Shown: in pieces, positions 1 through 9,141 of the stretch | How the letters are laid out: each line of letters begins with the position of its first letter | How positions within the stretch are numbered: the stretch's first letter is position 1 | Origin: an uncultured Fibrobacterota bacterium | GTDB taxonomy: Bacteria; Fibrobacterota; Chitinivibrionia; Chitinivibrionales; FEN-1185 | Length of the DNA stretch: 64,000 nt | NCBI GenBank assembly: GCA_963753345.1 | Contig: CAVWBU010000031.1 | Span: 1 to 64,000 of the forward strand | Reading direction: 5' to 3' | Program-made: the position numbers and the translations under genes | Notes under the pieces: generated by a model | Told to the model about the DNA's origin: nothing | The model's database searches: none | The model's input: the letters and a program-made list of their open reading frames with translations, nothing else

Positions 1-1249
1 TGGCAAAACTACTTGGCGTGGGACGGGACCAGGTACGTGGATTACAAAGACGCCCAGCAAGAAGGCGACCCCAATCCACAAACAAACGGCATCATGTCAC
101 TCGGGCTGGTGCGTTTTCTGCTGCAAGCCGGCATCGACATCAGCACGGACCTCAATCTGGACGCTTCCAACCGCGCAATTTTGCAGAACAGGTTGAGGAA
201 GCTGAGCGCATTTCCGACATTTACCAGGAATGGACAAACGGTATTCAGGTAGACTGAAGTCGGGCTGGATTGGAATGACGGCAATGCTATCGGGATCACA
301 GCACATTTATCCCGGCAGCCAGATCGGGTTTGGAAGTGATTCGGGTCTGCTCGCCATCGGCAAAAACATGGTTGGTCAGATGGCTCGCTGGAGCGACGGA
401 AATGCGACACCCACATTTTACCCTGCCGCAGCTCGGGTCGGATATGATCCGAACACGATTTTAACCCAATTGAATTCGTGGGTCTCGAATAACGCCTACC
501 CGAATCTGCACATCCACACCGGTGGCGGAGGAATTGAAAATCTTAATACAGTACCGGCCACACTATGCGAGATGCTTGTCCAGTCCTTCCAGGACACGAT
601 ACGGTTATTTGCCGATTGGCCGACGAACACTTATGGTAAATTCGGAGATTTGCTGGCATATGGCGGATTTCTTGTTTCAAGCGACATGGAAGACAACGTG
701 GTGCAGTATGTTCGGATAATCAGCACCAGGGGAAACAGGTTCTCTTTCGTGAACCCATGGCCCGGTCAGACGCTGCGGATTTACAGGAACGGAATCGATT
801 CCGGCACGATAGCCGGTAATAGAATCACCATCCCAACCTCGGTTAATGAAACGATCCATCTCGCGACAAACGGAACGCCCTACAGCATTATTTTGGCCAG
901 AATGAGCACGCCCGCCGGCCAGATCGTTGGGGTTGCCAACAATTCTCCGGCTTTTCAGTCCGAAGTATCTTGTGCAATTGCAAAGAAACTATTCGACCGC
1001 ACGAGGGACAGAGTGATATCATTTACCGGAACAAATCCTCATAACGATACGAAGAGCATAACCGTCCGCATCTACTCTCTTAAGGGAACCATGGTTAGAG
1101 AATTAGTTTCAAATAACACCATTGTTCGATGGGACATGACGTGCGACAAGAATATTCCGGTTTCAGGAGGGGCTTTTGCTTACACAATCAAACTGGAGCG
1201 GAAGAATCAATCAATTTTCGAATCCGGCCTTTTTCAGATTGTGCCTTGA
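1..1249 (+). pseudogene. 3' part of a secreted GH95-like glycoside hydrolase with a C-terminal sorting/FlgD-Ig-like domain; runs off the window edge; interrupted by TAG at 250-252 and a +1 frameshift near 298
   Basis: ORF 13-252 continues past TAG as TEVGLDWNDGNAIGI and then shifts frame into QHIYPGSQIG (ORF 230-1249); IRLFADWP..FGDLLAYGGFLVSS resembles the GH95 C-terminus; tail IYSLKGTMVR..WD. Confidence 0.5.
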
Positions 1250-1314
1250 CTCGCTCCCGAAAACCAAACTTCTTACCAGTTATCTGGAAGCAATTCCGGC
1301 AATGGGAAGTTATT

Positions 1315-1682
1315 ATGGACAAGATGGCGCGGTTGTTTTTGGTCTTTTGTGCGCTTGGCAACGCCATTTCGCCATGGATTCCTTCAGCGAATGGGAATTA
1401 ACAAAGGGTACTCTCATCAAGAGAGATGACAACAGCACATTACCAGTCGTCCCCGCGGTTCCACTGCGATTTGGCATATTAAGTAAGACAACGATGCTTG
1501 TATTAGGGACCTGGCTTGAGGTACCGCAAAAGGTTAGGGTAAGATTCTATCGTGCGCGGGGGTACGACATTGCCGGGAGGCTTTTGTATAGCGAGATCGT
1601 TCCAAACCAGGTTGTGGATATCTCCAAAAATATCGATAGGGTTCAAGGCGTGTTTGTCGTAAATGTTTTGCCGATAAGATAG
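1315..1682 (+). pseudogene. Remnant of a secreted protein: signal-peptide-like start plus an orphan C-terminal sorting domain
   Basis: MDKMARLFLVFCALG in one frame; YDIAGRLL...GVFVV tail in another frame; no catalytic domain between them. Confidence 0.3.
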
Positions 1683-1809
1683 GCGTTCCCTGGGGGTCCT
1701 TCAAAATCGGGCGGTTCAGTGTTCTTGGCAGAATCGGTCATGTGATACGTTCAACCGCAAGACCAAAATACGCCCCGCAATAACATAACCAAGAAGATGC
1801 TAGTCGGTT

Positions 1810-3492
1810 ATGATGAGAAACACCTTAATTCCGGAAAAATCAGTCATGAGACCAACAAATGGGAAATTAACTCGTCTTTTCTACAGTACGCATTTGATTC
1901 TTGGCATGACTTTTTTCCCCGCGCTTGCTTACATGAGCACCTATCCTGCGGGACGTTTCATCAACAGGGTTTTTGGCAACGTCACGGTGAACCAAGCGAT
2001 TAAATTCGGTTCAAACACCAATCCGTTGAATAACAATGTGGCCACGGACCTCTATTTTGATGAGTATGAGCCGACGGGCGATACATGTACCTCCAGACCT
2101 TGCATCGTTTGCATCTACGGTGGAGGATTTACAGGCGGGGATCGCACCGGCCAGGCTGGTGATGCCGCGACATATGCACAGTACGGATATGTGGCGGTTT
2201 GCCCGGACTACCGGAAGTGGGAAGTGCAAAATGACTCGACGCTTAAGATCTGGCCGGCTGGGTTTGTCGTTACAGCCCAGGACGCCAGGGCATGCATCAG
2301 GTATATGCGCGCGCATGCCTCAACGTATGGGATAGATACTTCTCGGATCGCAATCCAGGGATGCTCGTCCGGCGCATTCATCGCCCTGAATGTCGCCTTC
2401 ATGGACAAGCCTTTCAAGATCCCTCCGGTTGTCGATACGAATATTTATGGCGGCATCGAAGGAAATGATGGAACTCCCGGCGTCAATTCCAAAGTATGCG
2501 CCGCTGCCGGCAATTCTGGTGCAATGCTCGACACATCCTGGATCGAGGCCGGAAGCCCTCCATATTGCGGGTATCAATCGACACCGGACGGCTGGGGCGT
2601 GCCCACCGACACCGGCTCGCCCTCAAAGTGGAATTCCGACTGGCTCTTTTACGGTATCACTCCGATATCTGCGCGGCTCACGCATGAGAACCTTCTGGCC
2701 GGCTCGCTCGTTGGAACTCCGGGAGCCCATTGTCCAGGCGGTTTCGCCGATTCATCCCATATGTTCTTGTACAATGCCTTTTGCGAGGTCGGCAGAAAGA
2801 GTGCAAACAACACAAACCTTGCGCTGAAAAAGACCGCGACGCAATCCAGCACCTATGCCAACCTCGCCGCCTCTCGAGCCGTGGACGGAGACACCGCAGG
2901 CGAATCCTGGGCAAACAGCATTTGTCAAACAAATGTCGATTCCATGGCTTGGTGGCAGGTGGATTTGGGTGGCCAATACATTATCGACAGCATTTGGGCG
3001 TATAACCGCACCGACACCCTTTCTCGACATCAAACGAACTATGACCTCAAATTCGGCACCGACGGCATGAACTGGGAAACCTGCGCCTATGAACGCAGCA
3101 TCATGGGGACCCCGAGTGAGTACCATTTCAAGGGCGGGGTCATCGGGAGATATGTCCGCATACAACTCCGCACGAACAACAGCTTGGGCTTGGCGGAGGT
3201 CAAGGTGTGGGCATGTGACACCAATAATATCATCACCCGCGCCATTCAATCCGACGTTTCGCCACAGTCGCGCATGAACGCCGCCGCACATTCCGTTTCA
3301 TTTCTTGTGAAAATTGAGGCGGGAGTGCTTTTTGTTCCCCAGGCGGCGCGAGGAGCTGCACATGTTGACATTTACGATCTTTCAGGAAGGCTGGTCCAAA
3401 AAATCGTGGTCAATGGTGCGACGGTGCGGATAGACGTTTCCCGCACGGCCAAGACAGGGATCTATCTGGCGCGGTTCTCCTCAGGGGAATAG
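1810..3492 (+). CDS. Secreted alpha/beta-hydrolase (esterase) + F5/8/F-type lectin domain + C-terminal sorting domain; start uncertain
   Basis: YGGGF oxyanion motif, GCSSG nucleophile elbow, NLALKK..QSS..AVDG..WWQVDLG..LAEVKV, tail IYDLSGRLV..GIYL. Confidence 0.8.
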   Translation: MMRNTLIPEKSVMRPTNGKLTRLFYSTHLILGMTFFPALAYMSTYPAGRFINRVFGNVTVNQAIKFGSNTNPLNNNVATDLYFDEYEPTGDTCTSRPCIVCIYGGGFTGGDRTGQAGDAATYAQYGYVAVCPDYRKWEVQNDSTLKIWPAGFVVTAQDARACIRYMRAHASTYGIDTSRIAIQGCSSGAFIALNVAFMDKPFKIPPVVDTNIYGGIEGNDGTPGVNSKVCAAAGNSGAMLDTSWIEAGSPPYCGYQSTPDGWGVPTDTGSPSKWNSDWLFYGITPISARLTHENLLAGSLVGTPGAHCPGGFADSSHMFLYNAFCEVGRKSANNTNLALKKTATQSSTYANLAASRAVDGDTAGESWANSICQTNVDSMAWWQVDLGGQYIIDSIWAYNRTDTLSRHQTNYDLKFGTDGMNWETCAYERSIMGTPSEYHFKGGVIGRYVRIQLRTNNSLGLAEVKVWACDTNNIITRAIQSDVSPQSRMNAAAHSVSFLVKIEAGVLFVPQAARGAAHVDIYDLSGRLVQKIVVNGATVRIDVSRTAKTGIYLARFSSGE

Positions 3493-3846
3493 CTGACCTG
3501 GGCGAACGAATGAAAAAGTCTTCCTTTCTATTACCTGGTCTGATGTACGATAAAAAAACATTCATGGTTAGCATATTTCCTATCGCCAACCCAATCCGCA
3601 AAGCCACCTCCATCGGCGGAGAGGGGGCTGACTCTCCGTTCATACAGCCATCCTTTTGATTTCTATTCTAGTCTGTAAACCTCTGCATCAAAACTGCACC
3701 AAATCAGACTTGGAACGATGGGAACTCGTGAGAGAAATGGTGCAGTGGCGTACGCTTTACCTTATTTACCACCTTGATTTGACATTACCTTTTTGTATTT
3801 TGAGTATATCCCCTTTAGGAAAAGTTACCAAGAAAACGGAGGCGTT

Positions 3847-4122
3847 ATGGCCAGAATCAGCAAGGTTGAATTGATCCGCCTGCAGAAGAAGCTCAAGACC
3901 GACGAGGCCATCGGGATAAAACTCGGGGTTACCCGTCAAGCCGTGCAGCAGCGGCGGAAGAAATTCGGGATTGGTTCAAGTTGGGGTCTGAATCCCGAGC
4001 GAAACAAGAAGATCCTGGCTATGTACAAGACCGGGAAGACCGGCACCGAGATCTCCCGGAAGCTCGGGTTGAGCCCCTCCCAGGTGTACCGGTTGATAGG
4101 GGTTGGGAAGAGAAAGAAATAG
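3847..4122 (+). CDS. Small basic tandem-HTH DNA-binding protein (copy 1)
   Basis: GGAGG RBS; DEAIGIKLGVTRQAVQQ and GTEISRKLGLSPSQVYR HTH-like segments. Confidence 0.75.
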   Translation: MARISKVELIRLQKKLKTDEAIGIKLGVTRQAVQQRRKKFGIGSSWGLNPERNKKILAMYKTGKTGTEISRKLGLSPSQVYRLIGVGKRKK

Positions 4123-4238
4123 GAACTATTTTGAAAAGAATTAGAGGAGCGCTCATTTGGAAGAGGCTGGCTAATATGAAAGTGTCAGAAATGATTGCAG
4201 ACTTGTTTCCCTTCTACCGTAACCTGTCTGGGAGGAAT

Positions 4239-6098
4239 ATGCATCCAGCCAATAAGATCCCCATTCATTCTGTGCTGATAATCACCCTATCAGTGCTGTC
4301 GCTCTGGGCGGTCCCGAGCATTACCTTGGTGAGCAAGAACGCGGGCCAGGTGGGAACATACTCTAAACTGGAGCTGACGGTTGGCCTTACCGCCTCGTAT
4401 GCCAATCCCTATGATCCGGCCCAGATTGATTTGTGGACCGAATTCACCTCACCCGCGAACAAGCTCTGGAAGGTCAAGGGGTTCTATGATGGCACGGAAT
4501 GGAAGGTCAGGTTTGCCGCAAACGAAATCGGCGTCTGGAGCTATGTGGTAAAGGCAACTGACGCAAGCGGCACGGGTTCCAGCACTGCGGGCAATTTCAC
4601 CTGCGTTGCTTCGCCCAATCACGGCTGGGTCAAGGTCGCCCAGAATCAACGGTATTTGTGCTATGATGACGGCACCTCATTTTACGGCGTGGGCCCCTGT
4701 TACCCTTGGGGACCGACCACGAGCGGCCTGGACCAGCTCAAAAGGTATGGGTGCAACACCTGGCTTTATTGGAACGGCACTTATGATGGTTCCGGCGGGA
4801 ACAACCTGATTGAGTCCATGGCATCCGGAATAGGAAAATACGACCAAGGCAAGTGTACTCGGATCGACAGCCTGATTGCCTGGTCTGAAGCACGTGGGCT
4901 CGAGATGATTCTCGTCATCTGGCCGCACGATTACCTCTGCGAAAATCTGGGCGGTTGGCCATCGCAGTGGTCAAGTAGTCCCTACAGCACCATCACCAGC
5001 TGTGCGGCTTTTTACGGCGACACCAATGCATGGACATATCAGACAAAACTATACCGCTACATCATCGCTCGGTGGGGATACAGCATGGCGCTGGGAGGCT
5101 GGCAAACTGTTGACGAAATTTCGGGCACCTGCGGCTGGTCGAACCAAGCCACGGCAAACGCCTGGACGGGGAAAATTGCAGCATATTTTCAGACAAATGA
5201 TCCTTTCCGGCATCCCACAGAAGCTTCACAGGGCAATTACTGGGCTGCGGGAGATTCGGTGAACGATTTGTCAAACACGGAAGTTTACGGCAATCTTTCC
5301 GACACCAACATAGCCTCAACCGTGCAGACCTTGTGGACCGGATTCAAGAAACCATGCATCATGGGAGAAACCGGGTATGTGCAGGACGTAACGGTTTTTC
5401 ATTCGGTGCTGTGGTCCGCTCTGGCGGCTGGTGCATCGATAACCCCGTTGTGGTGGGCATTCCTCCCCGACCAGAACTGGAACAACGCAGATTCGGCGCA
5501 GTACCCTCCTTTTGTCAAATTCATTGCCGGACTGAATGTTGCCGGGCTCACGTCATTGGCGCAGGCGCATGTCGCCGTAGCGGGCGCAAAAGCCTGGGGA
5601 ATCACCAGCGATCAAGTGGCCTTCGGCTGGATATCAGGTACGATTTCCGGAAAGAATCTCAGCCTTACCGGGCTGGCAAATGGCAATTATCAGGTAGAAT
5701 GGTGGGATTGCACCGCCGGGACCACGATTTCAACCAACACGAGTTCGGTGACCAACGGCACCATGACCACAGCGATCCCTGCAACTAGCCAGACCGACAT
5801 GGCGTACAAAATCCTGTCGTCTGCCGGGATTGTTATGCAAAATTCGAGGACAGGCAAGGTGGAACCGCAGTATTTGGTACATCTTCATGACGGCGTTCTG
5901 CATTGTACGGCTCCCATATCCGAAAACATCACGGTGGATATCTTCACTGCACTCGGCCGCATCGTCAAGCATGCGGAAATAGCAAGGGGCTCCACTGCGG
6001 CCATCCAGGTCAGCCTCTTCGGAAAGGGAATCTACTTTCTGAAAATGAGCAGGGGCGGCACATCGACATGGGAAAAGGTGGCGTTGACAGGGCGCTGA
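4239..6098 (+). CDS. Secreted DUF5060 + clan GH-A (GH5-like) glycoside hydrolase with C-terminal sorting domain
   Basis: GGAGG RBS, signal peptide, YANPYDPAQI..F..P..GFYDG..WKVRF (DUF5060), RYIIARWG..WQTVDE, IMGETG, tail IFTALGRIV..GIYFLK. Confidence 0.8.
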   Translation: MHPANKIPIHSVLIITLSVLSLWAVPSITLVSKNAGQVGTYSKLELTVGLTASYANPYDPAQIDLWTEFTSPANKLWKVKGFYDGTEWKVRFAANEIGVWSYVVKATDASGTGSSTAGNFTCVASPNHGWVKVAQNQRYLCYDDGTSFYGVGPCYPWGPTTSGLDQLKRYGCNTWLYWNGTYDGSGGNNLIESMASGIGKYDQGKCTRIDSLIAWSEARGLEMILVIWPHDYLCENLGGWPSQWSSSPYSTITSCAAFYGDTNAWTYQTKLYRYIIARWGYSMALGGWQTVDEISGTCGWSNQATANAWTGKIAAYFQTNDPFRHPTEASQGNYWAAGDSVNDLSNTEVYGNLSDTNIASTVQTLWTGFKKPCIMGETGYVQDVTVFHSVLWSALAAGASITPLWWAFLPDQNWNNADSAQYPPFVKFIAGLNVAGLTSLAQAHVAVAGAKAWGITSDQVAFGWISGTISGKNLSLTGLANGNYQVEWWDCTAGTTISTNTSSVTNGTMTTAIPATSQTDMAYKILSSAGIVMQNSRTGKVEPQYLVHLHDGVLHCTAPISENITVDIFTALGRIVKHAEIARGSTAAIQVSLFGKGIYFLKMSRGGTSTWEKVALTGR

Positions 6099-6175
6099 TT
6101 GACTGCCGGAGGTTTTAAATGGGTAGAATCAATGTCCTGCTAACGAAATGCTGCTCTCTATAGAAAGAAGACGGC

Positions 6176-7654
6176 ATGACAAATTCCAACAGCGTCCAAC
6201 ACCGGTATATCTTGCAAAGCATTGCCCGCCGGGCGATGCTTGACAGAGGACTTGTTCCTGATTTTTCGCCGCAGGCCCTTGCGGAGCTTGAGCGAATCGG
6301 GGAGCCGAAAACGCAAATCGGCAAGCCCGCTCGTGACCTCAGAAACCTTCTTTGGTGTTCCATTGACAACGACGATTCACGCGACCTGGACCAGCTTACG
6401 GTTGCCGAGGCGATGCCGCAGGGCGCCGCAAAAATCCTTGTTGCCATTGCCGATGTCGATTGCGTTGTGAGGAGGCGATCGGCGATTGACGATCATGCAC
6501 GACGCAACACCACTTCGGTATACACCCCGGCCCAAATATTTCCAATGCTGCCCGAAAAGCTTTCGACCGATCTTACATCTCTCAATTTCGGGTCGGACCG
6601 GCAGGCAATTGTCATTGAAATGATTATTGCGGAAGACGGATCGCTTCAAGAGTCGGACATCTATCAGGCGATAGTCAGCAATCATGCGAAGCTTGCCTAC
6701 AACGGCGTTGCCGGGTGGCTGGAGAACGGTGGGCCTATGCCGCGGGAAATTGGCGCTGTCGATGGTCTCATGGAAAACCTGCGGCTCCAGGACCGCGTTG
6801 CACAGAAGCTGAAGGCTCTCCGCCACACTCACGGCGCACTGGATCTCGAAACAATAGAAGCCCGTCCGGTGTTTGACGGAGACGCAATCAGGGGGTTGGA
6901 AGCAGAAAGTGGATTCCGGGCCAAGAGCATTATCGAGGATTTCATGATTGCTGCAAACGGCGTGAGCGCACGCTTTCTGGCGTCCAAACGGTTGCCGTCC
7001 ATGCGGCGGGTCGTGCGCACGCCAAAACGGTGGGACAGGATTGTTGAACTTGGGTTACAGCATGGTTTCAGACTTCCTAAGGAACCTGATTCAAAGGCAC
7101 TGGAGCAATTCCTGACAAAGGCGAAAGCCGTGGATCCCGGCCGTTTCCCGGATCTTTCCCTCAGTGTCATAAAACTGCTGGGGCCGGGTGAGTACGTTGT
7201 TGAACTTCCGGGGAGCACTGTTGCCGGACACTTCGGGCTTGCAGTTAAGGATTATGCGCACTCGACAGCCCCAAACCGTCGTTTCCCTGATCTTGTTACC
7301 CAGCGATTGTTGAAAGCAGCAATCCTGGGGCTGTCCTCGTCATACGCAACAGATGAACTGGAAGCGCTCGCAAAGCACTGCACAGAGATGGAGGACGCGG
7401 CCAAGAAGGTTGAGCGTCAGGTCATGAAATCCGCTGCGGCAATGGTATTGGCATCAAGAATAGGGGAGCGGTTCAATGCCATCGTCACCGGCGCATCCGG
7501 AAAGGGAACATGGGTTCGTATTGAGAATCCACCCGTGGAAGGAAGATTGTTGAATGGTCTTAAGGGCCTGGACGTTGGCCACCGGCTCCGCGTGAAGTTG
7601 GTTAGCACGGATGTTGAGCGTGGATTTATTGACTTTGAAAAGGAAAACTCGTAA
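6176..7654 (+). CDS. RNB-domain exoribonuclease (short RNase II/R type)
   Basis: SIDNDDSRDLDQ, VAIADV, IEDFMIAAN, HFGLA..YAHSTAPNRRFPDL, C-terminal S1-like domain. Confidence 0.9.
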   Translation: MTNSNSVQHRYILQSIARRAMLDRGLVPDFSPQALAELERIGEPKTQIGKPARDLRNLLWCSIDNDDSRDLDQLTVAEAMPQGAAKILVAIADVDCVVRRRSAIDDHARRNTTSVYTPAQIFPMLPEKLSTDLTSLNFGSDRQAIVIEMIIAEDGSLQESDIYQAIVSNHAKLAYNGVAGWLENGGPMPREIGAVDGLMENLRLQDRVAQKLKALRHTHGALDLETIEARPVFDGDAIRGLEAESGFRAKSIIEDFMIAANGVSARFLASKRLPSMRRVVRTPKRWDRIVELGLQHGFRLPKEPDSKALEQFLTKAKAVDPGRFPDLSLSVIKLLGPGEYVVELPGSTVAGHFGLAVKDYAHSTAPNRRFPDLVTQRLLKAAILGLSSSYATDELEALAKHCTEMEDAAKKVERQVMKSAAAMVLASRIGERFNAIVTGASGKGTWVRIENPPVEGRLLNGLKGLDVGHRLRVKLVSTDVERGFIDFEKENS

Positions 7655-7824
7655 TCATATCTGTCCCGTTTGCCCTCTTTTGCATTCGGCTATTGGAACG
7701 TGTGAGAAAAATCGAACAAAGATAACATTCATCCTTGTTAACCCTTGATATTTGATCGGACATTCCCCTTTTTATATTTTGAATGCAAATCCCTTTTGAA
7801 AAACACCAAGAAAACGGAGGCGCT

Positions 7825-8058
7825 ATGGTCAGAATCCGCAAGCTTGAATTAATCCATCTGCAGAAGAAGCTCAAGACCGACGAGGCTATCGGGATAAAAC
7901 TCGGGGTTACCCGTCAATCCGTGCAGCAGCGGCGGAAGAAATTCGGTATTGATTCGAGGTGGGATCTGAATCCCGAGCGAAACAAAAAGATTTTGGCCAT
8001 GTACAAGGCGGGGAGGACCGGGACCGAGATCGCCCGGAAGGTGGGGCTGTGCGCGTGA
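7825..8058 (+). pseudogene. Second copy of the small HTH gene, truncated at the 3' end
   Basis: Highly similar to 3847-4122 up to about 8048, then an abrupt junction and stop codon. Confidence 0.7.
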
Positions 8059-8683
8059 AGACATTCCGTCACATGTGGAGTTTCTACAGTTACTGCACCT
8101 ACGGTGGGAAGTGGATAACCGCGGGTTCAAGAGCATCAAAACCATTGAGCCGTATCTGAAGTTGGCGTTGGTGATCGCGGATTACACGGCAATGCGTATC
8201 GGTGAGGTTTTGTCCATCAAGTGGGTTCATATTCGGAGTATCGACGGAAATGAATCCATTTATGTTCCCAAGACAAAAACCCAAGAGAAACGCTTCGTGC
8301 CGATACATCCGGAGCTCTCCCGGATTCTCCAAGGACTACCTCGCTGCGGTCCCTACGTCGTCAATATGAACGGCAGGAAGATCAAAAGCCTCAAGGTAGG
8401 GTTCAATAAGGCCCGTGAGCTCGCCGGTCTTCCTTGGCTGCATATTCACGACTTCCGCCATCGGGCCATCACGCGATGGGTGCAGCAAGGACATCCCGTA
8501 AACGTCATTATAAAGGTGACGGGCCACCGGACGTTCTCGGCGTTCAGCCGATACGCCAACCTCAAGGATGGCGACATTCAGGTGCTGGTCGGTCGCAAGA
8601 CGACCCCACTGCCGATAGTGACGTACCAGGAATTCCTTGGAGTCAAGGTGGAAAACGTGGCAAAAACGTGGCAAGCGGCGTGA
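8051..8683 (+). pseudogene. Tyrosine recombinase/integrase catalytic domain, 5'-truncated
   Basis: TAMRIGEV, KTK, HDFRH, TGH and RYA catalytic motifs; no N-terminal domain; abuts tRNA 3' end. Confidence 0.85.
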
Positions 8684-8704
8684 ACGCAAGAATGCCGAAA
8701 AAGC

Positions 8705-8738
8705 AAGCCCCCTGTAACTCATTTATTACAGAGGGCTT
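8705..8738. terminator. Hairpin between the integrase and the tRNA 3' end (terminator or att-arm)
   Basis: AAGCCCCCTGTAA...TTACAGAGGGCTT imperfect inverted repeat. Confidence 0.55.
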
Positions 8739-8744
8739 AAGTAG

Positions 8745-8818
8745 TACGGCCAGAGGGACTTGAACCCCCAACCTTCTGATCCGTAGTCAGAAGCTCTATC
8801 CAATTGAGCTATGGCCGC
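8745..8818 (-). tRNA. tRNA-Arg(ACG)
   Basis: Reverse complement GCGGCCATAGCTCAATTGGATAGAGCTTCTGACTACGGATCAGAAGGTTGGGGGTTCAAGTCCCTCTGGCCGTA folds as a cloverleaf; CCA not encoded. Confidence 0.97.
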
Positions 8819-8907
8819 AGAACTGTAGCTGGTTTTTACGACCTAAAAATACCCGATGACAGGCTGCAAATCAACGGCATTGGCAATAAAGACACGAGAA
8901 AAGATCG

Positions 8908-8963
8908 GCGGGCTCGGACAGCACGAGCGGCTTATCCTCCTGCCTCGGGGCCGGCGCTGATGG
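8908..8963 (+). repeat. Right half of repeat module D
   Basis: GGGCTCGGACAGCACGAGCGGC...CCTC.GGG.CGGCGCTGATGG also occurs near 41115-41200 and 48305-48360. Confidence 0.75.
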
Positions 8964-9141
8964 GATGCAAGAGAACACTGCACGCATTAAGGGTGCGTAC
9001 ATAATTCCACCTGAGGATTTTTTACTTTGACACCAATGCTCCAAAATGTCTATATTTTTGCAGAATATATCTCGCAAGTCTGCAAATAAGGAAAACGCGG
9101 TTCCCAACCCAGCGCTCGAAAAGTCAAATTACCTATTCGCC

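Noticed and set aside
250-252. TAG recoding
   Set aside because: Several intact genes here (ftsH, rng, rpmA) end in TAG, and a frameshift lies nearby
3599-3632. Possible degenerate IS200-type right end (AAAGCCACC...GCTGACT)
   Set aside because: The hairpin is poor and no partner end was identified
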